From an uncultured candidate division Zixibacteria bacterium (GTDB lineage: Bacteria > Zixibacteria > MSB-5A5 > GN15 > FEB-12): a DNA stretch of 64,000 bases. Location: assembly GCA_963806185.1 (NCBI GenBank), contig CAWDXE010000007.1, positions 832,001-896,000 on the forward strand. The letters are read 5' to 3'. The position numbers and the translations under genes were made by a program. Below, piece after piece: positions 36,547 through 45,591 of the stretch (its first letter is position 1; each line of letters opens with the position of its first letter). Below the pieces are notes generated by a model. It did no database searches, had not been told where the DNA came from, and saw only the letters and a program-made list of their open reading frames with translations.

Positions 36547-37053
36547 TCAGTGTCCTTCCCAGCTCATGAAGCTCTTGAATTGCGTCGACTCGATGAAGGT
36601 CTGCGGGTCTTTCATATACGAAAGCATGTTGTCGATGAGATAGACGTGGGTCTTCTCCTCGTCGGCGACAAGCTCAAGCAGCCGCCGCTTACCGGCATCT
36701 TTTTCCCGGGACGCCTCTTCTCGATAGAGCCGCTCGGACTTCTCCTCGATACTCAGCGCCTCGGTCCAGACCGCACGGACGTCCTCACCCAGCGGTTTCC
36801 CCTTGCGATCGGCCATCTGCTGGAAGAGGTTCCGATTGGCGCTAAACGAGGTCGTGACCTGCATCAGTTCGAGGCGGGCCGGTTCGGTCCCCAATGATTT
36901 CAGCTTCTTGAAGAAACGATAGTGTTTGTCTTCCTCCTGGGCCAGAGTGAGCAGTATTTGTTTCAACTCCGGTTCGGACATCTTGGCGGCGCCGGCTTCA
37001 TAAAAGGCTTTGCCGTCAAGCTCCATTTGCATGGCAAAATCAAGAATATTCAT
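36547..37053 (-). CDS. Rubrerythrin/ferritin-like protein
   Basis: Duplicated A...E..G..FY / LA.EE..H di-iron motifs. Confidence 0.88.
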   Translation of the reverse strand: MNILDFAMQMELDGKAFYEAGAAKMSEPELKQILLTLAQEEDKHYRFFKKLKSLGTEPARLELMQVTTSFSANRNLFQQMADRKGKPLGEDVRAVWTEALSIEEKSERLYREEASREKDAGKRRLLELVADEEKTHVYLIDNMLSYMKDPQTFIESTQFKSFMSWEGH

Positions 37054-37194
37054 ACCAACTCCTTCTCCCCGATATATACGACACCGGGGTCCACGCAACA
37101 AGGAATTTGCGAGCCGGGGTTGACTGAGGTCTCATGAGAAGCTATGTTCTACTACGGGGCGTTGAGAATACACAACTTATTAGGAGTATCTAAA

Positions 37195-37914
37195 ATGGGT
37201 TTAACGACTACAATAATTCGTCGGGGTATCTTCGCCGTCATTTTCGTTTTGGGTAGCGCTTCGTTCGCGAACGCTCAAACATGGCAAGGTGGGCTCGGCT
37301 TCCAGCTGGCCTTTCCACAGGGGGACTACAAAGATCAGATCGACAAGACCGGCGTCGGCGTCGGCGGCGATTTCTTGTACGCTCCGCACAACAGCCCGAT
37401 CGGCATTGGTGTTTCACTGGGCTGGTTTCAAGTGGGAGACGAGAACCGAACGGAGCCGTTCAGCACGACTATTCCCGACGTCACGGTGGATGTCAACACG
37501 TCCAATAACCTCGCCCAGTTCATGCTGCTTCTGCGCTTACAGCCAAAGCATGGTCCGATACTTCCGTATGCCGATGGCCTGCTCGGCATGAATTATCTGT
37601 ACACGAGGACGACGATCAAGAACGCCAGCAATGACGAGGAAGTCGCAAGTTCGACCAACCGCGAAGATAATGCATTCGGGTACGGCTTTGGCGGCGGCCT
37701 GATGATCAAGGTGTATGACAAGCAGAGAGGGGAGCCTGAGGCGAAAGCGTTGCAGGTCTTTATCGACCTCGGCGCTCGCTATATACGAGGGGGTGAAGCG
37801 GAGTACCTGAAGGAAGGCTCGATCCGCCGGGATGGGGGACAGGTCGTTTACGACATTTCCCAGTCCAAGACGAGTATTGCTACTGCCCACATCGGTGTGG
37901 CGGTCAGTTTCTGA
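37195..37914 (+). CDS. Outer-membrane beta-barrel protein (OmpA/OmpW-like)
   Basis: Signal peptide, amphipathic strands, C-terminal Phe. Upstream TTGACT-N17-TATGTT at 37120-37148. Confidence 0.8.
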   Translation: MGLTTTIIRRGIFAVIFVLGSASFANAQTWQGGLGFQLAFPQGDYKDQIDKTGVGVGGDFLYAPHNSPIGIGVSLGWFQVGDENRTEPFSTTIPDVTVDVNTSNNLAQFMLLLRLQPKHGPILPYADGLLGMNYLYTRTTIKNASNDEEVASSTNREDNAFGYGFGGGLMIKVYDKQRGEPEAKALQVFIDLGARYIRGGEAEYLKEGSIRRDGGQVVYDISQSKTSIATAHIGVAVSF

Positions 37915-37945
37915 CTCGCCCTATGACAAACGTCAAGCGTCTGAC

Positions 37946-40900
37946 TCATGCCCGTTTGCCTAATCGCAGCGGGCGTGCGGCGTTTGAAGTGGCCCCGATC
38001 TTCGCCGCGTAACCCGCTCGTGACACATACTCCTCGTCGGTGATGATATGCGCGTCCAGAAGACCGCCTCGCTTGTAGCCGGTACGCAGGTAGTTGACCT
38101 CGTCAAGGCAAAGACTCCAGCCGGTCAGCCAGGTCTCCAGTAACCGTCGCTGCTCATCGGTGCCGGAGAAATGGACGATCAGATTGATGTCGCTCCGGGG
38201 GCCGGCCGTGGCATTCTTGGTGCTGCCGAAGAGGTACATACCCTTCACGCCCAGCGCGTCCACATCAATCGTCTTCGCCAGTTCCTCGACCATGCGCACG
38301 CGCCAGCGCCAGGCCGTATCGCCGGTTGACTCCACGGGCGTGATGTCGGCTGAATCGGTGACGGCAAACGAGCGCGGTTTCGACAGCAGGCCGATGGCCT
38401 GTTCCAGCCTCGCGTTCATCAGTATCTGAAGAACACTTCCCGCCGCCGTCTGTGGAACGTCAATGACGCGAATACATTCACTCAGATTGGCGAACTCGGG
38501 CAGAATGTCGCCGAGAATGCTGGGCGAGCGCCGGAGAAAGTGTTCATTGAACACGATACCGGGATCATCGGGATAGAGCGGAATATACCGGATGCTTGCT
38601 TCGACCAGATCCTGGAAAAAGTGGGTGCCAAAAGAGAGATCGGGCACGTAGTTGCCTTGCTTGCGGGCGATCTCAATCAGGGCGGCCGTATTACTGATAT
38701 CGGAATAGGTCACACTCACGCCTAGTTTGATGTCGCCCCGGCTGCCCCATCGCCCGGGACCCATCAGGATGAATTGCCGTTTCGGGAGGAGCTTGTTCAG
38801 CTTGCCGACCGCCCGGCCGACCGCCAGCAGCGCGGCTCGTTCGCCCAGCTCAGCGTACCTCTGTGGATCGACATACACAATATGGGTGATGTCAGGCACC
38901 TGACCGTTGGAGATGTACTTCCGGGCCGTGAAAATGATTCGGTTGGGTGCGATGTCCTTGGGAATACGTGCCTCGCTCGTGGCGCTTGAATTGGACTGCG
39001 GGCGACACTGGAGCAGGTAGATGTCCTGGCCGTCGGAGGCGAATTCAAAATCGATCGGACTGCCGATTTCTTCTTGCAGGACCGCGAGCATGGTTGCAAC
39101 CTGCTTCACGAAACTGCTCTGCGAGAAGAGTCCTTCAAAAGTGACGAGGGCGTCCTCCGGCCTGAAATCGACGAGCCGACCAACAAGGCTTCGAATGTGG
39201 TCGCCGTCAAAGATCGACAGTATCTCGGAGAATCGAGGATAGGCGCTGCCGGCCCGGCGGAGAAAATCGGTAAAGACAACCGTCTCAAACGAATTCGTCC
39301 GCAGGTTGATCACATCGATTTTTTTCGGTGAATAGCGAATCTGTTCTTCAACCGTCACATTGACTCGAAGATTCGGCTGCCCGGGGGCGAGCAGAATCGG
39401 GTAATCGTCGCTCACCCGATCGACTGCACGCGTCCCCAAGCCAGGGACGAGCCGCACCAGGCCGTCGTTGCGCTGTATGCGCGGCGACCAGCGAAATTCG
39501 TTGTTGGAGAAGGCGACGCCGGCAAAGGCAGGAAGGAAGTAGTCACCCACGCGGACACCTACCACTTCCTGAATCATGATTCCCATCTCTTCGTAGTAGT
39601 CGAGCAAACCGCGCTCCATCCGGTATTGAATCGGATCGGGCGAGAACGTCGAAGCATAGACCTCGGCGATGGCGTCGCACAGGGCGTCGAGCCGTTCTTG
39701 TTTACTCCCTTGGTTGGCCAAAAAGAGGCTCTTGTACTTGCCGGAGAAGGCGGCGCCGATGCGATCCTCGAGCAGTGATGAGGACCGAACGATTAACGGT
39801 CGCTCGCCCAGATCGTCCAGCGCCATGGCCAGTCCCTTCAGCATTTCCGGGGGGAAGTGGCCGTTCTTGAACGTGTACAGGATGTGGGGGTATTCGGCGC
39901 GAATTTGATCGATCTCATTGTATTTCTGCTCGGCGATCTCCTCGAGATTGTTGTAATTGATAAACGCCATTAACCCGTCGGAAGGGAGGTACCAGGTCTT
40001 GGGCGTCTTGACCGACCGGGTGAGAGAGTTCGCCATTTTGGATTTGTTGAGTATGCGAGAAGCCAGATAGAGACCGGCGCTTTTTCCGCCCAGTTTGCCG
40101 CGACTCTCGGGCAAGAAGATGATTTGATCCACCAGATCGGAGAAGTCATTGACATCGATAAATCGTTTGGCCTTGTCGACAAATTCGACTGACTCAGAGA
40201 AGAATCGGCGAATGAGAGCGGCGTGCATGCCGAACTGCATGGCCGAGGGAAGCTCGATCCCCTGGGGTGCGATCTTGTGATAGCGTCGGACAGCGTCGGC
40301 GATCGCGGGAAGGGAGAGGTCGCGGTTCAGGGCGCGGATGAGAAAGCTCATCTTGTCTTCGTGCATGCGCTTTTGGATGAAGGCGAGAATCTCGTCGTCG
40401 CTCATGTTGTCGACTGCGATTGCAAACGTTGCTACACACATCGCGTCGGTCATGAGAATCGGCGCGCGGCGGCGGTGGGGAATGTTGCTGTCGGCGTACA
40501 CATCCTCATCATCCCGAGGGTCGACATCCGGGGTCTGCAGGAGTTGCTTGGCGCTTTCGATACCGCTCCAGGAGAGGTGGTTGAGCATTTTATGGGAGAT
40601 CGCAAAATAGAGGCTGCGGTCGGTTTCGCGAAGGAGATCGATGACCACCTGCCATTCTTTGCGATCATGGCCGAGCGTGTCCTTGGCCGCCTGCCATTCG
40701 GAGTAGACATGCCGCATCCGTCGATAGACGATATAGTGACCAAGCCGATCGGCGATGGTCTGGATAAGTTTGGTTTCTTCTTTGAGAAACGGACCGTGAT
40801 CGGCTGGGGGGCGCTCTTCTGAGTAATAGATACTGATCCGCCCGAGAGCCTTCTCCTGAGCGATTATATCCGCGCTCTGCACCCAGGAGGTCTCCACAAA

Positions 40901-41125
40901 ACCGTCGGAGATGAAGGTCTGGTCGGCGACAGTTATGACGGCTCGGCAGATGGTCGGGTACTGCCAACCGTCGGGGATTGCCGTTATGATGTCGGCGCAG
41001 ACTTCCGGGAGGTCGGCGTCGGGCCGGTTCAGAATTTCCTCAACGCGCAGCAGGCAGTTGAGTTCCTTGGCGCGTTCCTGCAGGGACAGGAAGAGGGTAT
41101 TGAGCGGTTTGTTCGGTTTCGTCAT
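37946..41125 (-). CDS. PEP/pyruvate-binding (PPDK N-terminal ATP-grasp) protein with GAF-like N-terminus and nucleotidyltransferase-like C-terminus
   Basis: LGGKSAGL, PLIVRSSSLLED, FSGKYKS, MGIMIQEVVG, GLGTRAV, DFEFA, LLQCRP; C-terminal YLFGS...SDINL. Confidence 0.85.
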   Translation of the reverse strand: MTKPNKPLNTLFLSLQERAKELNCLLRVEEILNRPDADLPEVCADIITAIPDGWQYPTICRAVITVADQTFISDGFVETSWVQSADIIAQEKALGRISIYYSEERPPADHGPFLKEETKLIQTIADRLGHYIVYRRMRHVYSEWQAAKDTLGHDRKEWQVVIDLLRETDRSLYFAISHKMLNHLSWSGIESAKQLLQTPDVDPRDDEDVYADSNIPHRRRAPILMTDAMCVATFAIAVDNMSDDEILAFIQKRMHEDKMSFLIRALNRDLSLPAIADAVRRYHKIAPQGIELPSAMQFGMHAALIRRFFSESVEFVDKAKRFIDVNDFSDLVDQIIFLPESRGKLGGKSAGLYLASRILNKSKMANSLTRSVKTPKTWYLPSDGLMAFINYNNLEEIAEQKYNEIDQIRAEYPHILYTFKNGHFPPEMLKGLAMALDDLGERPLIVRSSSLLEDRIGAAFSGKYKSLFLANQGSKQERLDALCDAIAEVYASTFSPDPIQYRMERGLLDYYEEMGIMIQEVVGVRVGDYFLPAFAGVAFSNNEFRWSPRIQRNDGLVRLVPGLGTRAVDRVSDDYPILLAPGQPNLRVNVTVEEQIRYSPKKIDVINLRTNSFETVVFTDFLRRAGSAYPRFSEILSIFDGDHIRSLVGRLVDFRPEDALVTFEGLFSQSSFVKQVATMLAVLQEEIGSPIDFEFASDGQDIYLLQCRPQSNSSATSEARIPKDIAPNRIIFTARKYISNGQVPDITHIVYVDPQRYAELGERAALLAVGRAVGKLNKLLPKRQFILMGPGRWGSRGDIKLGVSVTYSDISNTAALIEIARKQGNYVPDLSFGTHFFQDLVEASIRYIPLYPDDPGIVFNEHFLRRSPSILGDILPEFANLSECIRVIDVPQTAAGSVLQILMNARLEQAIGLLSKPRSFAVTDSADITPVESTGDTAWRWRVRMVEELAKTIDVDALGVKGMYLFGSTKNATAGPRSDINLIVHFSGTDEQRRLLETWLTGWSLCLDEVNYLRTGYKRGGLLDAHIITDEEYVSRAGYAAKIGATSNAARPLRLGKRA

Positions 41126-41207
41126 GGCCTCATACTAATTCATCGGTCGGGCCAATATATAACATGATAGAAGTTGGCGTCATTCAAATTCACCGTCAGT
41201 TTTTGAT

Positions 41208-41241
41208 GAAAAATGCCGGAAGCGGGAAGCGCTTCCGGCAT
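41208..41241 (-). terminator. Terminator-like hairpin after gdhA
   Basis: atgccggaagcg/cgcttccggcat stem with a U-tract on the minus strand. Confidence 0.7.
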
Positions 41242-41282
41242 ATAGATACGTCCGGAAAGACCGGACATGGGAGGGAGAATTC

Positions 41283-42602
41283 TTATACCCAGCCGCGTTC
41301 TTTCGACGCTTGGGCCACACGGCTGATGGCGATCACGTAGGCCGCGTCGCGCATGTACAGTTTGCGCTTGCGGGCCAGTTCGCTGGTCGCCAGGAAAGCT
41401 GAGGTCATCTTCTGATCGAGCTTCGAGAGGACCTCATCCTTCTCCCAGTAGTAGTTCATGTTGCACTGTACCTGTTCGAAGTAGGAGCAGGTCACACCGC
41501 CGGCGTTGGCCAGGAAGTCGGGAATCATGAAGATGCCACGCTCGTGGATCACCTTGTCAGCTTCCGGAGTAGTCGGGCCATTGGCGCCCTCGGCGATGAT
41601 GCGTACTCTCTTCGAAATCTTATTCACGTTCTCGCCGGTTACCTGATTCTCAAGAGCCGACGGGAAGAGAATGTCGACATCCTGTTCGATCCAGGCTTCA
41701 CCCGGCAGGACTTCGTAGCCAAGGTCTTTCGCTTTGTTCTTGTCGATGCCGCCGAAGTGGTCGGTGATGCCGAGCAGAGCGTCCGGGTTGACGCCGTCTT
41801 TTTTGCGGAAGGTGTACGAGCACTGATCGTTCTGATCCCAGCTCGATACGCAAATTGCCTTGCCGCCGAGCTGCTGATAGAGGCGAACGGCGTACTGGGA
41901 GACGTTGCCGAATCCCTGGAAGGCCGCGATGGTGTTCTTCAGGTCGATCCCCAATTCACGGGCTGCTTCACGGACGGTGTAAACGACGCCGTAACCGGTC
42001 GCTTCCGTACGGCCGAGCGAGCCGCCCATGCCGACCGGCTTGCCGGTGATGAGACCGGGGAATTTGCCGCGATGGATGGTTTCGTATTCATCGAGCATCC
42101 ACAGCATGTGCTGGCCGTTGGTCATGACGTCCGGAGCCGGCACGTCGATGAGCGGTCCGATATCGCGTGAGATCTGGCGGACCCAGCCTCGGCAGATCAA
42201 TTCCTGTTCGCGGAGCGACAGGTGGTGCGGATCGCAGATTACGCCGCCCTTGGCGCCGCCGAGCGGGATGTCGACCACGGCCGTCTTCCAGGTCATCCAC
42301 ATGGCCAGGGCACGGACGGTGTCGATGGTTTCGTGGGGGTGGAAGCGGATACCGCCTTTTGACGGACCGCGGGAATCGTTATGCTGCACGCGGAAACCGC
42401 GGAAAATTTTGGTCTTGCCGTCATCCATCTTCACCGGGATGGCAATGTGGTATTCACGCATCGGGAAGCGGAGCAGGTCGCGAGTGGCCAGATCCAGACC
42501 GAGCTGGTCGGCGACCTTATCGAACTGTCCCTGAGCCATGACAAACGGATTAAACGATCCGGCCGCTTCGGCTTTTTTGGCCGTCGGTACAGCGGTACTC
42601 AT
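41283..42602 (-). CDS. gdhA: Glutamate (Glu/Leu/Phe/Val) dehydrogenase
   Basis: RVQHN..RGPSKGGIRFHP, GGAKGG, DVPAPDV, GRTEATGYG, EGANGP, NAGGVTCSYFE. Confidence 0.93.
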   Translation of the reverse strand: MSTAVPTAKKAEAAGSFNPFVMAQGQFDKVADQLGLDLATRDLLRFPMREYHIAIPVKMDDGKTKIFRGFRVQHNDSRGPSKGGIRFHPHETIDTVRALAMWMTWKTAVVDIPLGGAKGGVICDPHHLSLREQELICRGWVRQISRDIGPLIDVPAPDVMTNGQHMLWMLDEYETIHRGKFPGLITGKPVGMGGSLGRTEATGYGVVYTVREAARELGIDLKNTIAAFQGFGNVSQYAVRLYQQLGGKAICVSSWDQNDQCSYTFRKKDGVNPDALLGITDHFGGIDKNKAKDLGYEVLPGEAWIEQDVDILFPSALENQVTGENVNKISKRVRIIAEGANGPTTPEADKVIHERGIFMIPDFLANAGGVTCSYFEQVQCNMNYYWEKDEVLSKLDQKMTSAFLATSELARKRKLYMRDAAYVIAISRVAQASKERGWV

Positions 42603-43131
42603 TCTATTAAACCTCCTCTTATGCAGCTTCGCTCAAGCGCCAATTCAACAATTCCGGCCAATTCAGGGCGCCTTTCGGGCACAAGAAGAGTCTGGGCCGG
42701 CTGGCCCGGCAGCCTGTCGGCGTTTGATGGCGAAGCGCAAAGTCTCATTAAGTGTCGAGTCCTGTTTCCAAATATTGCGGTATATTAAGTGAAACTTTTC
42801 TCAAATGTCAAGCGCGAACGGAAAAATAAGGATGGACTCGTGGAGTGCACTATTCAAAATCTGCACAGCCGATCTGCGAACGCACATCGGCCAGGCGGGT
42901 GCACGTCAGGAATTCTACCGTCCAGCGTATCGCATTGCCTATAAGCATGTTACGGGCATTCCATCAGTGAGGTTTGGCAATGGGTGGTAAACCGGACAAT
43001 GATCGATGTGTTTTAACGGCAAATCTAACATCAGACCGGATCAACACGGCAGGCGAGTCTGGCGAGAGCACAGATATACCCTAATCTTAAAAGCGGAGTC
43101 CGCGAGGAAGATTTGTGCTTTATCCGGTTTC

Positions 43132-44085
43132 TCAAACCCGCTTTCGAAGAATGGCATGCGAATTCGCATTGACACCAATCGGCCGGGCATTGCGAATCTG
43201 GTGGGCCAGTTCGATAGAGGGGCGGGCGTCAGACAGCCCGAAACCATTACCTGCCAGGGTAACCCGGTAGACCTCAGTGTGAAGGTCGGTGAACCCCTCG
43301 GAGAATTCGACTTCACTCCCGTCGACCGTGATAGAGCGGAAGGTGGTTTGTTCTTTCGCGGCGGCTTCGGCCGGGAGGTCTTTGCGGTCGATGGAAAGAA
43401 ACCACTGAACCTCGGCGTGCTCCAATTCCATAAAGCCGGCAGTTTGCATCTGCTCGGCCACGTGAACCTCGCTATGGACAACCGGACCAAAGAGCCAGAT
43501 AAGCAGATCGAAGAAATGGATACCGATGTTGGTGGCGAGACCGCCGGAGCGTTCGAGCTGGCCTTTCCAGGAAACGAGGTACCATATTCCGCGCGACGTG
43601 CAATACGTAAGGACGACCTTGTGTTTCTTCGTGCCGCGTTCTGCCTGAAGCTTATTCCGAAGGGCAATCAGAGCGGGGTGGACGCGCAATTGCAGGATCG
43701 TATTCACCTTGCGGCCGCTTTCTTCCTCCAGCTCCTCAAGGGCGTCGATATTCCACGGGTTGAGGACCAGAGGTTTCTCGCAGATGGCGTCGGCGCCGAT
43801 GCGAAGCGCAAAGCGGCAGTGGGCGTCGTGAAGATAATTCGGCGAACAGATAGAGACGTAATGCACGCGGCTCTCTTCGCCCTGGCGGCGGAGTTTGTCG
43901 AGATGCCGGTCAAAGCGCTCGAACTCGGTGAAGAACTTGACATCGGAGAAAAAGCGGTCAAGGATGCCGACTGAGTCGCTGGGGTCGGCCGCGGCGACCA
44001 GACGATTGCCGGTGTCTTTGATGGCTTTGAGATGGCGCGGGGCGACATAGCCGCCGACGCCGGTAATGGCGAAGTTGTATGACAT
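43132..44085 (-). CDS. wbpB: Gfo/Idh/MocA oxidoreductase, WbpB-like UDP-GlcNAcA 3-dehydrogenase
   Basis: YVAPRHLKAI, SICSPNYLHDAH, CEKPL, TNIGIHFFD, FSEGFTDLH. Confidence 0.88.
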   Translation of the reverse strand: MSYNFAITGVGGYVAPRHLKAIKDTGNRLVAAADPSDSVGILDRFFSDVKFFTEFERFDRHLDKLRRQGEESRVHYVSICSPNYLHDAHCRFALRIGADAICEKPLVLNPWNIDALEELEEESGRKVNTILQLRVHPALIALRNKLQAERGTKKHKVVLTYCTSRGIWYLVSWKGQLERSGGLATNIGIHFFDLLIWLFGPVVHSEVHVAEQMQTAGFMELEHAEVQWFLSIDRKDLPAEAAAKEQTTFRSITVDGSEVEFSEGFTDLHTEVYRVTLAGNGFGLSDARPSIELAHQIRNARPIGVNANSHAILRKRV

Positions 44086-44282
44086 GCTGGGTCCTGGTGT
44101 CCTTTCTGCCTGCGGTCACTTCATGACCTCGGATAATAAACGGGGTCACAAGAGATAGGGCAAAAGAAAAGTGCGTCCGCCGAAGGGACTTCGGCTGGTC
44201 AATTGCCAGTTGACCCTGCCCGATTGCGCCGATATCTTGGCCCTATATTGTGCTTTGTACGCCACAAAAGGGGAATTCGATC

Positions 44283-44818
44283 ATGAGTAAGCTTGTCGAG
44301 AAGCTGTTGCCCGAGGTAAATCAGATAAAGGATCAGCAACTGCGGACGCAGGTGGTCGCCTGTTGGGATGAAGCGATTGCGTTTCGCGGCTGGACTGAAG
44401 AGTTGTTGCGGGGGATTCCGTTCACGCTGTTGGCGGAGGGGGTGACTATATCGTTTATCGACCATGTGCGGGCGGTTTGCCTGATGTGTGTCGCCTGCGA
44501 CGACGTATTGGACAAAATCCACGCCGAGCGCAAGACAAAGATCAACCGGGATCATTTGATTGCCGGGGCGCTGCTGGCGGATGTCGGCAAACTGCTGGAG
44601 TTCGAGATCGTGAGCGGCAAGCCGGTAAAGTCGGATTACGGGAAACATATTCGGCATCCGTTTGCGGGGTGGGATTGGCGTTCAAGCATGGGGTACCGTC
44701 GGAGGTGATGCATATCATCGCGACTCATTCGAAGGAAGGGACGGGGGAGACGCGGAGTCCGGAGTCGATTGTCTTTCACCATGCGGATTTCATTGATTTT
44801 GATTTGGTGAAGGGGTGA
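44283..44818 (+). CDS. HD-domain phosphohydrolase-like protein (frameshift near 44665)
   Basis: IPFTL..HV, AGALLADVGK, RHPF, then HIIATHS.EG..RSPE..VFHHADF. Promoter TTGACC-N17-TATCTT at 44210-44238. Confidence 0.82.
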
Positions 44819-44828
44819 GGGGGGAGCG

Positions 44829-45530
44829 ATGAGGGAGGTGGCTATTCGAACCGGGATAGGGCGTCTGTGCAGTACTGCGGGCATTACGGTGAGCATGGTA
44901 CTGGCTTGTGTCTCAGGCGCTGGCGCCTGGCTGCCATGCGAACGTAGCTTTCAGTTTATGGGGATAGAGGTTGGCGATACGACGGCAATTTCATTTTACG
45001 AATCTTCGTGGGGAGATTGCGTTTACCATCAGTTGCACAGAGTCATAATAGGCCCGGGAGATCAGTTTGTGCGGGACGAGATCAACTCGATTCCCGATAC
45101 TGCGATACAACAACTCCGGGAATCGAGCAGAAATTCGCGTCTTTGTATTCGGCGACTTCATCGCATGGACTCCGTGTTTTCCTCACCGGTTCGCGGTTGG
45201 GGGATGTGTACTGTCCGGGCTCCAAAGTTCGATTCGTCTTTCTGGTCAGTTTGGGAGGATTCGCTACCGTCTAGGCAGAGTGTGGATGAATCCAGAGCTT
45301 GGGCGTATTTCACAGATGTAAACTGGCTCCGAGATCATATTGACGAACCGGTGATTGATGAACCGTCGTATCTCATCTACTACTTTCCGGAGGGGCTTTA
45401 CAAGAACTTCTCTATAGCTGACGTCATAATGGTAGATGACCGTTACCTCTTCATCCTTACGCAACAGCCGATGACGGTTGATGGATGGACGCTGGACGGC
45501 CTCATGATTTATCGTCTGAAGGGAAAGTAG
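44829..45530 (+). CDS. Hypothetical exported protein
   Basis: 233-aa ORF with RBS and signal-like segment; more AT-rich than its neighbours. Confidence 0.65.
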   Translation: MREVAIRTGIGRLCSTAGITVSMVLACVSGAGAWLPCERSFQFMGIEVGDTTAISFYESSWGDCVYHQLHRVIIGPGDQFVRDEINSIPDTAIQQLRESSRNSRLCIRRLHRMDSVFSSPVRGWGMCTVRAPKFDSSFWSVWEDSLPSRQSVDESRAWAYFTDVNWLRDHIDEPVIDEPSYLIYYFPEGLYKNFSIADVIMVDDRYLFILTQQPMTVDGWTLDGLMIYRLKGK

Positions 45531-45591
45531 CATCAACCAAGAATCGCTTCATCCTGAATTCTGTAGATTTGACTATTGAAGGACCTGAAAT

